Source of the DNA: an uncultured Gammaproteobacteria bacterium
Lineage (GTDB): Bacteria > Patescibacteriota > Microgenomatia > Daviesbacterales > UBA10151
Direction: 5' to 3'
DNA length: 64,000 bases
Assembly: GCA_964523905.1 (NCBI GenBank)
Contig: CAZFYQ010000001.1
Coordinates: 121,739-185,738 of the forward strand
The translations under genes were made by a program, and so were the position numbers. The notes beneath the pieces are model-generated. The model made no database searches. It saw only the letters and a list, made by a program, of their open reading frames with translations, and was not told the origin of the DNA. Below, one piece after another: positions 26,243 to 36,803 of the stretch (positions are counted from its first letter, which is position 1; every line of letters starts with the position of its first letter).

Positions 26243-28792
26243 TTACTCGGCTTTTTCAGCTGATGAAACAACTGTTGCTGCTGCGACTGTTTCACCAGGG
26301 CGAACTCTCATTAATATTACTCCCTGGGTTTGCCTTTGTAAGGTGGGAACTTGTTTTAGATCCATTTTGATCAGCTGTCCTTTATTAGAGGTTAATACCA
26401 AAGTATCAGTTGATTTATCAATTGCCTGGGCGGTCACAATCAAACCGGTTTTACTGGTCACTTGTGCTGCTTTAACTCCCTGTCCTCCTCTACCCTGCCT
26501 GCTCCAGCCGGAAAACTTAGTTTTTTTGCCCAAACCATTTTCCATGATAATTAATAATTCGTCCTCGTTGTTTTTGATATTATTTAAAGATACTACTTCA
26601 TCGTCACTACCAAGTCTAATGCCTCGAACGCCGGACGTGTCACGATGAGTTGGTTTAACTTGAGTTTCTGAGATACGAATAGATTTACCGGCTTTGGAAA
26701 CAATGATTAAATCATCAGCACCAGAAGTTGGTGCCACCCATCCTAACTCATCACCGCTATCAAGCTTAATAGCCACTAACCCATTTTTACGAATATTGGC
26801 ATATTCGGCGATGGAGGTTTTCTTAACTGTGCCTTTTTTAGTACACATGAAGAAGAATTTGGCGGTCTCATCTTTAAGTCTGGTGGTTAAAACAGCAGTA
26901 ATTTTTTCTCCTTGTTCAACATTGATTAAATTAACCACCGCTTGTCCTTTGGCCACTCTTTGGGTTTCCGGAATTTCCCAGACTTTCACCTGAAATACCC
27001 GGCCTTTATCTGTAAAGAATAGAATATTGTCATGGGTTTGAGTGTAGAAAATATGAGACACTGCATCGGTTTCTTTAGTGGAAATTCCCATCACGCCTTT
27101 TCCACCACGCTGTTGGGTTCTAAACGAATGTGGTGCCTGTCGTTTAATATAACCACCAGCAGTAATGGTAGCAATGGTAGTTTCATTTGGCACTAAATCT
27201 TCTTCAGAAAACTCGCCGATTTTTTGTTTATAAACCCTGGTTCTTCTATCATCACCGTATTTTTCTTTGATTTTTTCCAGCTCATCTTTAATTACTTTTA
27301 AGATTTTTTCCGGATGAGCCAGGAGATCTTCCAAGAAAGCAATAGTTTCTCTAACCATTTTCAGTTCATCTTCGATCTTTTGTCTTTCTAAAGCTGCCAA
27401 TCTTCGAAGTTGCATGTCCAAAATTGCCACTGACTGAATTTCAGTGAGCTTAAATTTGGTCATTAAGTTAGTTTTAGCCTCGTCCGAATCTTTACTTTTT
27501 CTAATGGTAGCAATTACCTCATCAATATTATCAACGGCAATTTTTAGTCCTTCTAAAATATGTTCTCTGGCTTTAGCCTCAGCTAAATCAAATTCAGTCC
27601 GTTTTCTAACAATAGTTTGGCGATGATAAATAAATTCTTCTAAGATTCTTTTTAAGGTCAGTAAATGAGGTACTCCATCAGATAAAGCTACTAAATTAAC
27701 ATTAAACACTGATTGCATGGCAGTATGTTTGTAAAGATTATTTAACAAAGACTGTGGTTTGGCATCCCGTTTTAGATCAAACACAATCCGAACCATCTGT
27801 TTTCTATCAGATTCATCTCTTAAATCAGCAATGCCTTCTAGTTTTTTGTCTTTAACCATATCCGCAATTCGAGCGATCAAAGTAGCTTTATTTACTTGGT
27901 ATGGTAGCTCGGAAACTACAATTTGCATCTTGCCGCTGGGAGTTTCTTCAATTTCTGCTTTGGCGCGCATAATAATTCGACCTTTGCCAGTGGCATAAGC
28001 TGCTAAAATTTCGGTTTGATCATAAATTGAGGCACCGGTTGGAAAATCCGGACCTTTAATAAATTCCAGTAAATCTTCCACATTAGCCTCAGAAGAAAAA
28101 GCTCCTGAAATATTAGTTTCTTCAGTTGGTTCAGTTGCGATCTCACTGGTGGCGGGTTCTTTGGCCTCAGTTTTAGTCACAGGTTTGGCAGGATGCTCAA
28201 TCATATACATTAAAGCATCACAAACCTCACCCAAATTATGAGGAGGAATTTGGGTAGCCATACCAACCGCAATACCAGAAGCTCCATTTAATAATAAATT
28301 AGGAATCACTGAAGGAAGTAATACTGGCTCCTGCACTGTTCCGGAATAGTTATCAATAAAATCAACAGTATTTTTATTAATATCTCTAAGTAGCTCATCA
28401 GCAATGGCTGATAATCTGGCTTCGGTGTACCGCATGGCAGCTGGGGAATCACCGTCAATTGAACCAAAGTTTCCTTGTCCATCTACCAGCATGTATCGCA
28501 TGGAGAAATTTTGGGCCATTCTAACCATGGCTTCATAAATTGGTGCATCGCCATGAGGATGCAGATTCTTCATTACTTCTCCCACCACTGCAGCAGATTT
28601 CTGATAACGTGAAGTGTGGTGTAAGCCTTGTTCATGCATGGCAAAGATAATTCTTCGTTGCACTGGTTTTAATCCATCTCGAACATCAGGTAAAGCACGA
28701 GCTACGATCACTGACATTGCATAGTCTAAGTAGGATTTTTGCATCTCCTCAACAATGGGAGCCAGCTGTATTTTACCGATGTTATCTGCCAT
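26243..28792 (-). CDS. gyrA: DNA gyrase subunit A
   Basis: '[10 protein letters not shown]' active-site region and C-terminal beta-pinwheel repeats. Length 849 aa. Confidence 0.9.
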   Translation of the reverse strand: MADNIGKIQLAPIVEEMQKSYLDYAMSVIVARALPDVRDGLKPVQRRIIFAMHEQGLHHTSRYQKSAAVVGEVMKNLHPHGDAPIYEAMVRMAQNFSMRYMLVDGQGNFGSIDGDSPAAMRYTEARLSAIADELLRDINKNTVDFIDNYSGTVQEPVLLPSVIPNLLLNGASGIAVGMATQIPPHNLGEVCDALMYMIEHPAKPVTKTEAKEPATSEIATEPTEETNISGAFSSEANVEDLLEFIKGPDFPTGASIYDQTEILAAYATGKGRIIMRAKAEIEETPSGKMQIVVSELPYQVNKATLIARIADMVKDKKLEGIADLRDESDRKQMVRIVFDLKRDAKPQSLLNNLYKHTAMQSVFNVNLVALSDGVPHLLTLKRILEEFIYHRQTIVRKRTEFDLAEAKAREHILEGLKIAVDNIDEVIATIRKSKDSDEAKTNLMTKFKLTEIQSVAILDMQLRRLAALERQKIEDELKMVRETIAFLEDLLAHPEKILKVIKDELEKIKEKYGDDRRTRVYKQKIGEFSEEDLVPNETTIATITAGGYIKRQAPHSFRTQQRGGKGVMGISTKETDAVSHIFYTQTHDNILFFTDKGRVFQVKVWEIPETQRVAKGQAVVNLINVEQGEKITAVLTTRLKDETAKFFFMCTKKGTVKKTSIAEYANIRKNGLVAIKLDSGDELGWVAPTSGADDLIIVSKAGKSIRISETQVKPTHRDTSGVRGIRLGSDDEVVSLNNIKNNEDELLIIMENGLGKKTKFSGWSRQGRGGQGVKAAQVTSKTGLIVTAQAIDKSTDTLVLTSNKGQLIKMDLKQVPTLQRQTQGVILMRVRPGETVAAATVVSSAEKAE

Positions 28793-28866
28793 ATTTGGAG
28801 CTTTAAAAATGGCCGTATGGCCACTAAATTATTATACCTGGTTTAACAAGTCTAAACAAGATCGAG

Positions 28867-29892
28867 TTAGACTCGGCGACCCTTTTTCCTAGCCATCTCA
28901 ATTAGCCAATTAATTCGATAGGCTATTTTGCTTAAACTTAAGTCTCTGGCATGTAAATATTCAATATCATCTCCACCAAAACCTCTTTTAAAGATTGATA
29001 CTCCGTAGAAACGATGGTTAGTTTCACCCTCAGGAGCTACCCCCCAGAGATTATATTTTTTTAACCCTCTTTTTTTGGCTTCTAACATGGCATGCCACTG
29101 GATCAAATATGCACCGGGAAATTTTCTACCCTCCTGCGTGCTGGCACCATAGTGATAATCTGCCTCATTGCCATAGAAAATAATAAAAGCTTGAGCTAAT
29201 TTCTTTTTTCCTAAATATGCAGTGTATAAAACCGCTTGGTTTTCGCGAGCAAAAATCTCAAATTGCTCTTTTAAGAATTTTTTATTAAATGCTACAAATT
29301 TTTGTCTTTTGGCTGTTTCAATTTGTAATGCGTAAAACTCATCAATATCGGAAGTGTCTTGACTTTCTTTAATTGTAATATTTTCCTTAAGTGCTTGTTT
29401 TACTTCGTAACGGGTATTTTTTCGCATGCTAGACATCAGTTCCTCCTCAGATTTGCTAAGATCAATCTGACTGGTTAACTCGGCGTGTAAATGCATAGGA
29501 GCACTTGTAAAACCCAGTCCTTCAAATAATCTGGCATTATTTTCATTTTCTAAAATCTGGGGTCTACATCTTACAAAACTACATTTATTTTCTTTGCCAA
29601 TTTTGATAATTATCTCTCTAAAGGTTTCAATAGTATTGGCATCTTCAAAGTTGATTAAGGGGCCGCCGGGAATAGTTAAATAGGTGGCTCGTTTGGCTTT
29701 TTCAACAATTGCCAGCATCACTCCGGTCAGCTTTTCACCTTGATAAAAACCAACCCTTCTAATAACTTTTCCTAAATTTTGATGAAACTGCCCCCAATTA
29801 TAGCTTTGCAAAAAATTAGCATTAGGAAAGATAAGGACAAAGTCCTCCCAAATCTTTTTGTCAGTGACTTCTTCTACTGTGATTTTAGCCAT
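28867..29892 (-). CDS. FemAB/FemX-family peptidoglycan aminoacyl-transferase (tRNA-dependent)
   Basis: Protein of 341 aa with a FemAB-like pattern, in a mur gene neighbourhood. Confidence 0.6.
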   Translation of the reverse strand: MAKITVEEVTDKKIWEDFVLIFPNANFLQSYNWGQFHQNLGKVIRRVGFYQGEKLTGVMLAIVEKAKRATYLTIPGGPLINFEDANTIETFREIIIKIGKENKCSFVRCRPQILENENNARLFEGLGFTSAPMHLHAELTSQIDLSKSEEELMSSMRKNTRYEVKQALKENITIKESQDTSDIDEFYALQIETAKRQKFVAFNKKFLKEQFEIFARENQAVLYTAYLGKKKLAQAFIIFYGNEADYHYGASTQEGRKFPGAYLIQWHAMLEAKKRGLKKYNLWGVAPEGETNHRFYGVSIFKRGFGGDDIEYLHARDLSLSKIAYRINWLIEMARKKGRRV

Positions 29893-30972
29893 TGGTTAAC
29901 TAGGTTAGAAATATTTCTTGCATCATTTTCATTAACATTTATATGAGTTGGTAAATTTAATATTTGGCTGGACACAATTTCTGCATTGGGGCACTGATTG
30001 GTATAGTCAGTTTGATTAAGATATTTTTTAGGTGCGATAGGCGCATCATACCAAATATCAGAAATAAATATTTGTTTTTGGCTTAAGAATTTAATTAAAT
30101 CAGCTCTTTTTTCTACAAATATCGGAAAGCGTAAGTTTGAGGAAAATTCTATTTGTTTGACTATCTTGGAGGATAGAATTTTTGGATTAATTAATTTTGC
30201 ATAGGTTTGTGCAATTGTTTTACGGTGACTTAAATTCTGGTCTAATTTTTTAAATTCTTCATATACTAAATCAGCGCTTAACATTTGTCCCTGACTATTC
30301 ATAGGATTTGATAAAAGTCTTAAATTCTTTAAGACAAAGTGCATGAATTTACCTAATCCAATTGGGTAAGTATTTCTGATCAAATAAGTAAATAAGGGAT
30401 ATAGTCTATCGTTCAATTAAAGCACCTCCTGTTACAGTATCAATCATTTTGTCCTGGCTAAATGATAACACTACAAAATCACCTACAGTTCCTGCTTCTT
30501 GCCGATTACTATATCTGGTACCGACTGAATGAGCCAAATCCTCAATTAGTATGACTTTTTTCTTTTTACAGAGTTGAGAAATTCTTTCGATATCACAAGG
30601 ATAACCCAAAGTATTTTGAATTATTACCACTTTAATTTTTTGATTTTTTTCCAGATGTTTTTCAAGAGTCTTTGCTGAGAAATTTAAATCATCTTTTGCA
30701 ATATCTAAATATTCAACATCCAGTCCGGCTTTTTTAATCGCCTCGTATACGGCAAAACAGGTAAATCCATTAATTGCTACTGTTCCTTCTGATAAATTAG
30801 TTTTTTTAAGAGCCAGCTCAATTGCCTGACGGCCTTTACATAATAGTGTAGCTTTACCCTGGTATTTTTCTTCCAGAAAAGCTTTTAATTTCTTATCATT
30901 ATTACTGGCAAATAATGCTCTTATAGCGAATCCAAAATTATAATTAGAACCTAAAGAATTAAAGATACTCAT
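29874..30972 (-). pseudogene. DegT/DnrJ/EryC1/StrS-family PLP-dependent sugar aminotransferase split by a frameshift into two ORFs (30972-30406 and 30416-29874)
   Basis: The N-terminal half carries a PLP-Lys region ('SFSQDKMID'). The C-terminal half continues the family ('...GGALIER* / NDRLYPLF...'). The two ORFs overlap by 11 nt in different frames. Confidence 0.5.
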
Positions 30973-31687
30973 TGATTATTTTTACTACCTCCTTTGGATG
31001 GGTAAATTGGGGTGAATGTCTGGCGTCTTTAATAATACTTAATTTAGAGTTTTTAATTAAAGAATGCATTAATTTTCCGTCAACCAGTGGTGTAACTTTG
31101 TCTTCTTGTCCCCAAATAATTAAGGTAGGAACTTTAATTTTTTCCAGTAGATGAGCAATATCTGAAGTGATTAAATTTACCATGGTTTTTTTAACTATTG
31201 ATGAAGCTTCATAATAATCTCTTTCTCTGGTAAATTTGTAAAGTATTTTTTTTAATCTCTCAGAGCTGGTGAGATTTTTTCCTATTTTTGCAACCCCTTT
31301 AAAAAATAATCTTTTTAATCTAATTGGTAATTCATTATGATAAATGCCCGCACTATCTATCAAAACTAATTTAGAAACTTTATCAGGATATTTATTGACA
31401 AAGGCTAAAGAGATTCTTCCCCCATTTGAATGTCCGATTAATACAACCTTGCCTTTTTGCCCAACTACTTTTTTATTTAACCACTCAACATAATTATCCA
31501 GCTGCCAGATTTCTTTTAACTCTTCGGTTAGACCAGGAATTTTCAAAAATTCCACATCATTTTTCTCTTTTAATAAATCAATAAAATTTGACCATTTCTC
31601 CGTTGAATAGGTCCAGCCGTGTAATACTAAAATTTTCATAGTCCCCATTTCTTTCTTCTTTTTTGCCAGACTTTTTCCCTGCGACAA
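30959..31687 (-). CDS. Alpha/beta-fold hydrolase (esterase/lipase-like)
   Basis: Nucleophile elbow 'LIGHSNGGRISL' (GHSxG). Length 242 aa. Confidence 0.6.
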   Translation of the reverse strand: MSQGKSLAKKKKEMGTMKILVLHGWTYSTEKWSNFIDLLKEKNDVEFLKIPGLTEELKEIWQLDNYVEWLNKKVVGQKGKVVLIGHSNGGRISLAFVNKYPDKVSKLVLIDSAGIYHNELPIRLKRLFFKGVAKIGKNLTSSERLKKILYKFTRERDYYEASSIVKKTMVNLITSDIAHLLEKIKVPTLIIWGQEDKVTPLVDGKLMHSLIKNSKLSIIKDARHSPQFTHPKEVVKIINEYL

Positions 31688-32877
31688 AGTTTATGGATAT
31701 CATTTTTATCTTTTAATAAGTGTTCGATCACTCCTTCTAAAAATCTGGCTCCTTTAAAAAATAATATCTCTCCCCCACTAATATTTTGCTGCAAGTAGTG
31801 CAATACCTCATCTGGTCTTTCAAAACTAACAATATTTAATTTTGGTGCCAGTTCTTTAAGTTTAGGTAAAGTATATTTAATCATTCTTGGGCCCATTAGA
31901 ATGATCCTGCTCAGGTGTGCGTCAGCAATCAACTTAGCTAAATTTTGATGCTCAATCTCTTCTTCTTTTCCCAGCTCTACCATATCGGATAAAATTGCCC
32001 ATTTTTTAGCACCAGGATAAACCTTATACAAATCTAAACTTGCCATCATTGAAGCTGGTGTCGCATTATAACTACCGTCTATAATAATAGTGTTTTTAAT
32101 GCCTTTAAAAACAGAACTACGTCCAGGAGGTAAAATGAAATTCTTAAAATTGCTATTAAAATTAAAGTTTAAATAATCCATTAACATTTTAGAAGCACTA
32201 ATAGAATAAAAATTTTCTTCGGGAAGCAAAAACTTAAATAAGTATTGATTGCCATCTATTCTAAATCGTGAAGCATTATGAGTAATAGTATAATTTTCTA
32301 AATGATTTTGTTGGTGAATCGGCTTGACAGTAGCTTTGGTATTTGAGATTTGCTGGATAATTAAATCACTATCGCCGTTTATTATTGCCAAATTAGAAGT
32401 GTACTTTAAAAAGTTCCCGAACTCTTTAGCAATGGCGTCAAGATTTTTAAAGTTCATGCTATGTGTATAAGATACCGTTAGCCAAATAGTTACCTCTGGT
32501 TTAAGTAAAGAGCCGAGGAATTTTCCCTCGTTTGGGCGGTCACAATCTGCTTCAACAATATAAATATTTTCCTTGGGCGGAGATTTAAATGCTTTAAATG
32601 GAGCCTTTAAAAAAAGTACTGGCCATTCCATGATTTTTAATTCTTTTCTATCGATCCCTAAAATATTAAAAGGAATTCCAAAACTGCTGTTGGCATGATG
32701 AGAATATTTGGCCCGATTATTTAGTTGAGATTCAATTAAATGCAGTAAAGTGGTTTTACCATTTGAACCGGTAATTACAATTATCCGCGGTTTCCAAAGT
32801 TGTAGTTGTATCTTGGCAAAAAATCTAAAATACCAGGCTACGGGAAAATAAAAAGTCTTTTTTAAAGCGCGTAGCAT
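31636..32877 (-). CDS. murF: UDP-N-acetylmuramoyl-tripeptide--D-alanyl-D-alanine ligase (Mur ligase family)
   Basis: 'IVITGSNGKTTLLHLI' P-loop and Mur ligase middle and C-terminal domains. The start is taken at the internal Met ('MLRALKK') so that it abuts the murD stop. Confidence 0.65.
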   Translation of the reverse strand: MLRALKKTFYFPVAWYFRFFAKIQLQLWKPRIIVITGSNGKTTLLHLIESQLNNRAKYSHHANSSFGIPFNILGIDRKELKIMEWPVLFLKAPFKAFKSPPKENIYIVEADCDRPNEGKFLGSLLKPEVTIWLTVSYTHSMNFKNLDAIAKEFGNFLKYTSNLAIINGDSDLIIQQISNTKATVKPIHQQNHLENYTITHNASRFRIDGNQYLFKFLLPEENFYSISASKMLMDYLNFNFNSNFKNFILPPGRSSVFKGIKNTIIIDGSYNATPASMMASLDLYKVYPGAKKWAILSDMVELGKEEEIEHQNLAKLIADAHLSRIILMGPRMIKYTLPKLKELAPKLNIVSFERPDEVLHYLQQNISGGEILFFKGARFLEGVIEHLLKDKNDIHKLCRREKVWQKRRKKWGL

Positions 32878-32878
32878 T

Positions 32879-34210
32879 TTATTTAAAAATCCTTTCCACC
32901 GCTTGATTAAATTTACTGCCTCTATCAAATTCATTCTGAAATAAATTAAATGAGGTGGCTGCCGGAGAAAACAAAATAATATCGCCTGTTTTGGCAACTG
33001 TTTTAATATCAGTTAATAATTTTTCTAAATTATCATAGGTTCCGGCAATTTTATCAGCCGGTACTGCTTTTTTGATTTCTTCGGTGACATCCCCCGCAAG
33101 AAAGAATACAGTTTTGGCTTTAGTTGCTAGCTGTTTTGCATATTCTTTATAGTCCAAGTTTTTATTCATTCCCCCTGCTATTAGTATAGAATTGGGAAAT
33201 GCATCAAGGGCTGAAATACCGGAGGTAGGATTAGTTGAAGCAGTGTCGTTAATTATTTGGATACCCTGCCAAGTTTTAATCAGCTGTAACCTAAATTCTA
33301 CGCCTTTGAAATTTTTAATTGCCTCTTCGGCATCCTTCAAAGGGATTTTCAAGCTTTGTAGCAGAGCTAATGCAGCGGCGAAGTTGCTTAAGTTGTGATT
33401 GCCTTTTAAAACGGGATTAAAATCACTAGGTAGATCAGTTTTGCTATAAAAAATTACTTGAGCAGATAAACCATCTGTAAATTTTGGGTTGTTTAAAATA
33501 CTATCTTCTCTGTTGAGAAGTAAAAAATCATCTTCAGTCTGGAATTGAGTTATTAACCTTTTTGCTGCAATGTATTCATACATTCCTGAATAGTAATTTA
33601 AATGATCTGGGTGGATATTGGTGATGACGGCATATTTGGGAGAAATTTTATGAGGAATTAATCCCTCTAACTGAAAAGAAGAAATTTCCAGTACGACTAA
33701 AGTGTTTTTTTTGATAAGGGGAATGGTTTCTAGAACACTTGTACCAATGTTTCCGACCAATACAGCATCTTTCCCGTTTTGCCTTAACCCTTCATAAATT
33801 AAAGCAGCGACTGTAGATTTACCTTTGCTGCCAGTAATACCAATTATTTGTGAGCGGTCAACTACTTTAAAGAAAATGCCTAAGTCCGTTTCAATTGTTT
33901 TATTTTTTTTGCGAGCGTATTCTAAATATTCATTTTCCCGTTTCACTGCCGGGTTTTTAATAATTAAATCTGCCCAATCAATATCCTCATGTAGATGTTT
34001 TTCTAAACTGTAAGTGATTTCCGGAAAAGATTTTAATTCTTCTATAGAAGGTTTTAAGTCTTTGGCGGATTTTAAATCAGTAATTCTAACAACAGCACCT
34101 TTTGCTGCAAAAAATTTAGCCGCGCCTACTCCTCCTTGATTTAAACCTAATCCAAAAATTAGTACTTTCTTATTCCTGTTTAATACTTTTAAATTCCCGA
34201 AATTGTCCAT
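32879..34210 (-). CDS. murD: UDP-N-acetylmuramoylalanine--D-glutamate ligase
   Basis: N-terminal Rossmann-like 'VLIFGLGLNQGGVGAAKFFAAKGAVVRITD' and 'GITGSKGKSTVAALI'. Confidence 0.8.
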   Translation of the reverse strand: MDNFGNLKVLNRNKKVLIFGLGLNQGGVGAAKFFAAKGAVVRITDLKSAKDLKPSIEELKSFPEITYSLEKHLHEDIDWADLIIKNPAVKRENEYLEYARKKNKTIETDLGIFFKVVDRSQIIGITGSKGKSTVAALIYEGLRQNGKDAVLVGNIGTSVLETIPLIKKNTLVVLEISSFQLEGLIPHKISPKYAVITNIHPDHLNYYSGMYEYIAAKRLITQFQTEDDFLLLNREDSILNNPKFTDGLSAQVIFYSKTDLPSDFNPVLKGNHNLSNFAAALALLQSLKIPLKDAEEAIKNFKGVEFRLQLIKTWQGIQIINDTASTNPTSGISALDAFPNSILIAGGMNKNLDYKEYAKQLATKAKTVFFLAGDVTEEIKKAVPADKIAGTYDNLEKLLTDIKTVAKTGDIILFSPAATSFNLFQNEFDRGSKFNQAVERIFK

Positions 34211-34256
34211 ACTATGTTATTATACTTGTTTCTGGCCACAAATTCTTTGTAACAAC

Positions 34257-35054
34257 ATGAACAACGCAGCGATTGGTATATTCGATTCTGGTATTGGTGG
34301 ATTAACTGTAGCAAAAGAGATTGTAAAACAGCTTCCTAACGAGAGTATTATTTATCTAGGCGATACAGCTAGAGTGCCTTATGGTACCAGGTCAAAGGAA
34401 GTAGTTACCCAATTTGCCAAAGAATTAACTGATTTTCTTTTAAAAAAGCAAGTGAAATGTTTGGTTGTAGCTTGCAATACTATATCTGCATTTGCTTTGG
34501 AGGAAATAGAAAAATATGCTAAAGTCCCCGTGATTGGAGTAGTAAAACCAGCTGCAGATGAAGCTGTTAAGGTGACTAAAAATAAGAAAATTGGGGTAAT
34601 TGGTACTGATGGAACAATTCGAAGTCTGGCCTATGAGGAAGAAATTCACCGACTTGACCCTGCAGTAAAAGTTTTCTCAGTAGGTTGTCCGCTTTTTGTG
34701 CCACTGGCAGAAGAGGGTTTAGATAAACATGAAGCTACTAGGTTGGTAGCTGAAGATTACTTGGAAGATGTAGTGAAATCAGGTATAGATACCTTGATAC
34801 TGGGATGTACACACTATCCTCTGTTACTAGAAACTATCAAACAGACAGTAGGTCCAAAGGTAACACTGGTGGATTCCGCAATTCCCACCACACGTATTCT
34901 TAAGCAAGTACTGGAAAAAGAAGATTTATTAGCCAGATCAAATACTTCCACTTGGGAATTTTTTGTTACAGATGCACCAGAGCAGGTATACCAAATTGCT
35001 TCCCGGTTTTTTGGGACTGATTTAAGCAGTAAAATTAAGAAAATAACACTCTAA
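34257..35054 (+). CDS. murI: Glutamate racemase
   Basis: 'AIGIFDSGIGGLTVAKEI' and 'VVACNTISA' with the catalytic Cys. The start is at an internal Met, because the upstream 18 codons overlap murD. Confidence 0.8.
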   Translation: MNNAAIGIFDSGIGGLTVAKEIVKQLPNESIIYLGDTARVPYGTRSKEVVTQFAKELTDFLLKKQVKCLVVACNTISAFALEEIEKYAKVPVIGVVKPAADEAVKVTKNKKIGVIGTDGTIRSLAYEEEIHRLDPAVKVFSVGCPLFVPLAEEGLDKHEATRLVAEDYLEDVVKSGIDTLILGCTHYPLLLETIKQTVGPKVTLVDSAIPTTRILKQVLEKEDLLARSNTSTWEFFVTDAPEQVYQIASRFFGTDLSSKIKKITL

Positions 35055-35058
35055 ATTT

Positions 35059-35592
35059 GTGAAACCAAAAATTATTTCCGAAAAAGTAGTTTATAAAAGT
35101 TCTTTAACCAAAATAATTGCTACTAAAATAAAATTCTCCAATAATAGAGTTGCAGATTGGGAATATATTGATCATGCTAATGGTGTTGGTATCTTAGTAT
35201 TAGATAAAGCTAAGAATGTTTATTTAGTTAAAGAATGGCGTCCGGCATGGAAAGACTATGTCTTACAAATTCCGGCCGGTGGTTGTACTGCAAGTGATGA
35301 AAAAGGACGAATCAAGCAAGTGCATAATGAATTAAGAGAAGAAATCGGTTTAGACGCTAAGAAAATTAAGAAACTGATTTCTTTTATGGGTTCGGCAAAA
35401 ATTAATTATATGCCATATATTTATTTGGCAACAGATCTATTCCCCTCCACAAAAGCTCCTGATGAAGATGAATATGTGGAGGTTATAAAAATGCCTTTTA
35501 AAAAAGCTTACCAAATGTTTGTATCAGGAAAAGTGTTAACTACCAGTTACACGTTAGTGGCGTTTTTAATGGCAAAAGATTTAGCTAACTGA
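35059..35592 (+). CDS. NUDIX hydrolase
   Basis: Nudix-box-like 'GGCTASDE...VHNELREEIGL'. Confidence 0.5.
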   Translation: MKPKIISEKVVYKSSLTKIIATKIKFSNNRVADWEYIDHANGVGILVLDKAKNVYLVKEWRPAWKDYVLQIPAGGCTASDEKGRIKQVHNELREEIGLDAKKIKKLISFMGSAKINYMPYIYLATDLFPSTKAPDEDEYVEVIKMPFKKAYQMFVSGKVLTTSYTLVAFLMAKDLAN

Positions 35593-36803
35593 TCAATATT
35601 TCCTGCTCCCATAAAAAAGATTATATCTCCCTGATTTACTTCTGTTTTTAAAATACCTCTTAAATCTTTTTCCGGGACATAATCAATATTACTTTTGCTG
35701 ACAGCATCTGCCAGTTGTTTGCTGGAAACTATTCCGGTATCTGCCTCGCGGGATGGATAAATATCCAGAAGTATAGTTTGGTTAACTGGCAAATTTGTAA
35801 AAGTCTTCACGAATTCTTTAAAAAGTCCTTTGGTTCTGGAAAACATATGCGGCTCATATACCAGCCAGATATATTGATCGGGAAATTTTTCTCTGGCAGC
35901 TTCCATTGTGGTTTTAATTTCTGTTGGATGATGACCAAAATCAGTATAAATATCTGCTCCTTTGTATGTTCCTAGAAATTCAAACCTTCTTCCAATCCCT
36001 GAATAATTATTTAAGCTATTTCTGATAATTTCCGGATTAATACCCAGTTGTAGTCCTACCTCAAAAGCTGCAGTAGCATTTAAAATATTAAACTGCCCAG
36101 GTATTTTTAAATTTAAATCATACTGATTTTTGGAATAATCAAAACCAGTTACGCTAGACTTTTTCATCACATCTTTAAAAATTTCCGCCACAATTGGATC
36201 AGATAAGTTTCCCAAAATGATTTTTTTAGTTTGTAGTAAAAACTCTTCAAAACTATTCTGATAACTATTAAAATCTTTAAAATATTCCGGGTGGTCCATT
36301 TCAATATTTGTTACCACAGCAATATCCGGAAAGTAATTTAAAAAATTATCATAGGCCTCATCTGCCTCAATCACGAAATATTTGCCTTTCCCTACTCGAT
36401 AATTATTTTTCCACTTCGGGACCACCGCACCTAATAACACGCTAGGATCTAACTTAGCATCTGTTAGAACCTTAGCAATCATGGCAGTAGTTGTGGATTT
36501 GCCGTGAGTACCGGTAACTGCAATAACAAATTTGTCTTCTAATAAATATTTACCAACAAATGCTTGCCAGGTTAATACCTCCAAACCCTGTTTTTTGGCT
36601 TGGACTAATTCTGTATTTTTTGGATCAAAAGAAATAACTGCTGGCGTAATTGCCAAAATATCAACATCTTTTAAATGTTTTGGGTCATGACCCTCCAAAG
36701 ATAAATCACATCCAGTGACTGTAAACCCTTGGGCTTTAGCCAGTTCTGCAGCTGCTGAAGCGCCACTCCCTGCTATTCCCAAAAAATGCACTCTCGTTTT
36801 CAT
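35547..36803 (-). CDS. murC: UDP-N-acetylmuramate--L-alanine ligase
   Basis: 'VHFLGIAGSGASAAAELAKAQGFTVTGCDL' and 'GTHGKSTTTAMIA'. Confidence 0.85.
   Translation of the reverse strand: MKTRVHFLGIAGSGASAAAELAKAQGFTVTGCDLSLEGHDPKHLKDVDILAITPAVISFDPKNTELVQAKKQGLEVLTWQAFVGKYLLEDKFVIAVTGTHGKSTTTAMIAKVLTDAKLDPSVLLGAVVPKWKNNYRVGKGKYFVIEADEAYDNFLNYFPDIAVVTNIEMDHPEYFKDFNSYQNSFEEFLLQTKKIILGNLSDPIVAEIFKDVMKKSSVTGFDYSKNQYDLNLKIPGQFNILNATAAFEVGLQLGINPEIIRNSLNNYSGIGRRFEFLGTYKGADIYTDFGHHPTEIKTTMEAAREKFPDQYIWLVYEPHMFSRTKGLFKEFVKTFTNLPVNQTILLDIYPSREADTGIVSSKQLADAVSKSNIDYVPEKDLRGILKTEVNQGDIIFFMGAGNIDQLAKSFAIKNATNV

Noticed and set aside
32878-32997. Long N-terminal extension of murF overlapping murD by 119 nt
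   Set aside because: The internal Met ('MLRALKK') gives a start that abuts the murD stop. The extension has no Mur ligase similarity.
34203-34256. Upstream in-frame start of murI overlapping the murD start on the opposite strand
   Set aside because: The conserved MurI N-terminus begins at 'MNNAAIGIFDSG'. The 18 upstream codons (Cys/Trp-rich) are unlikely to be coding.
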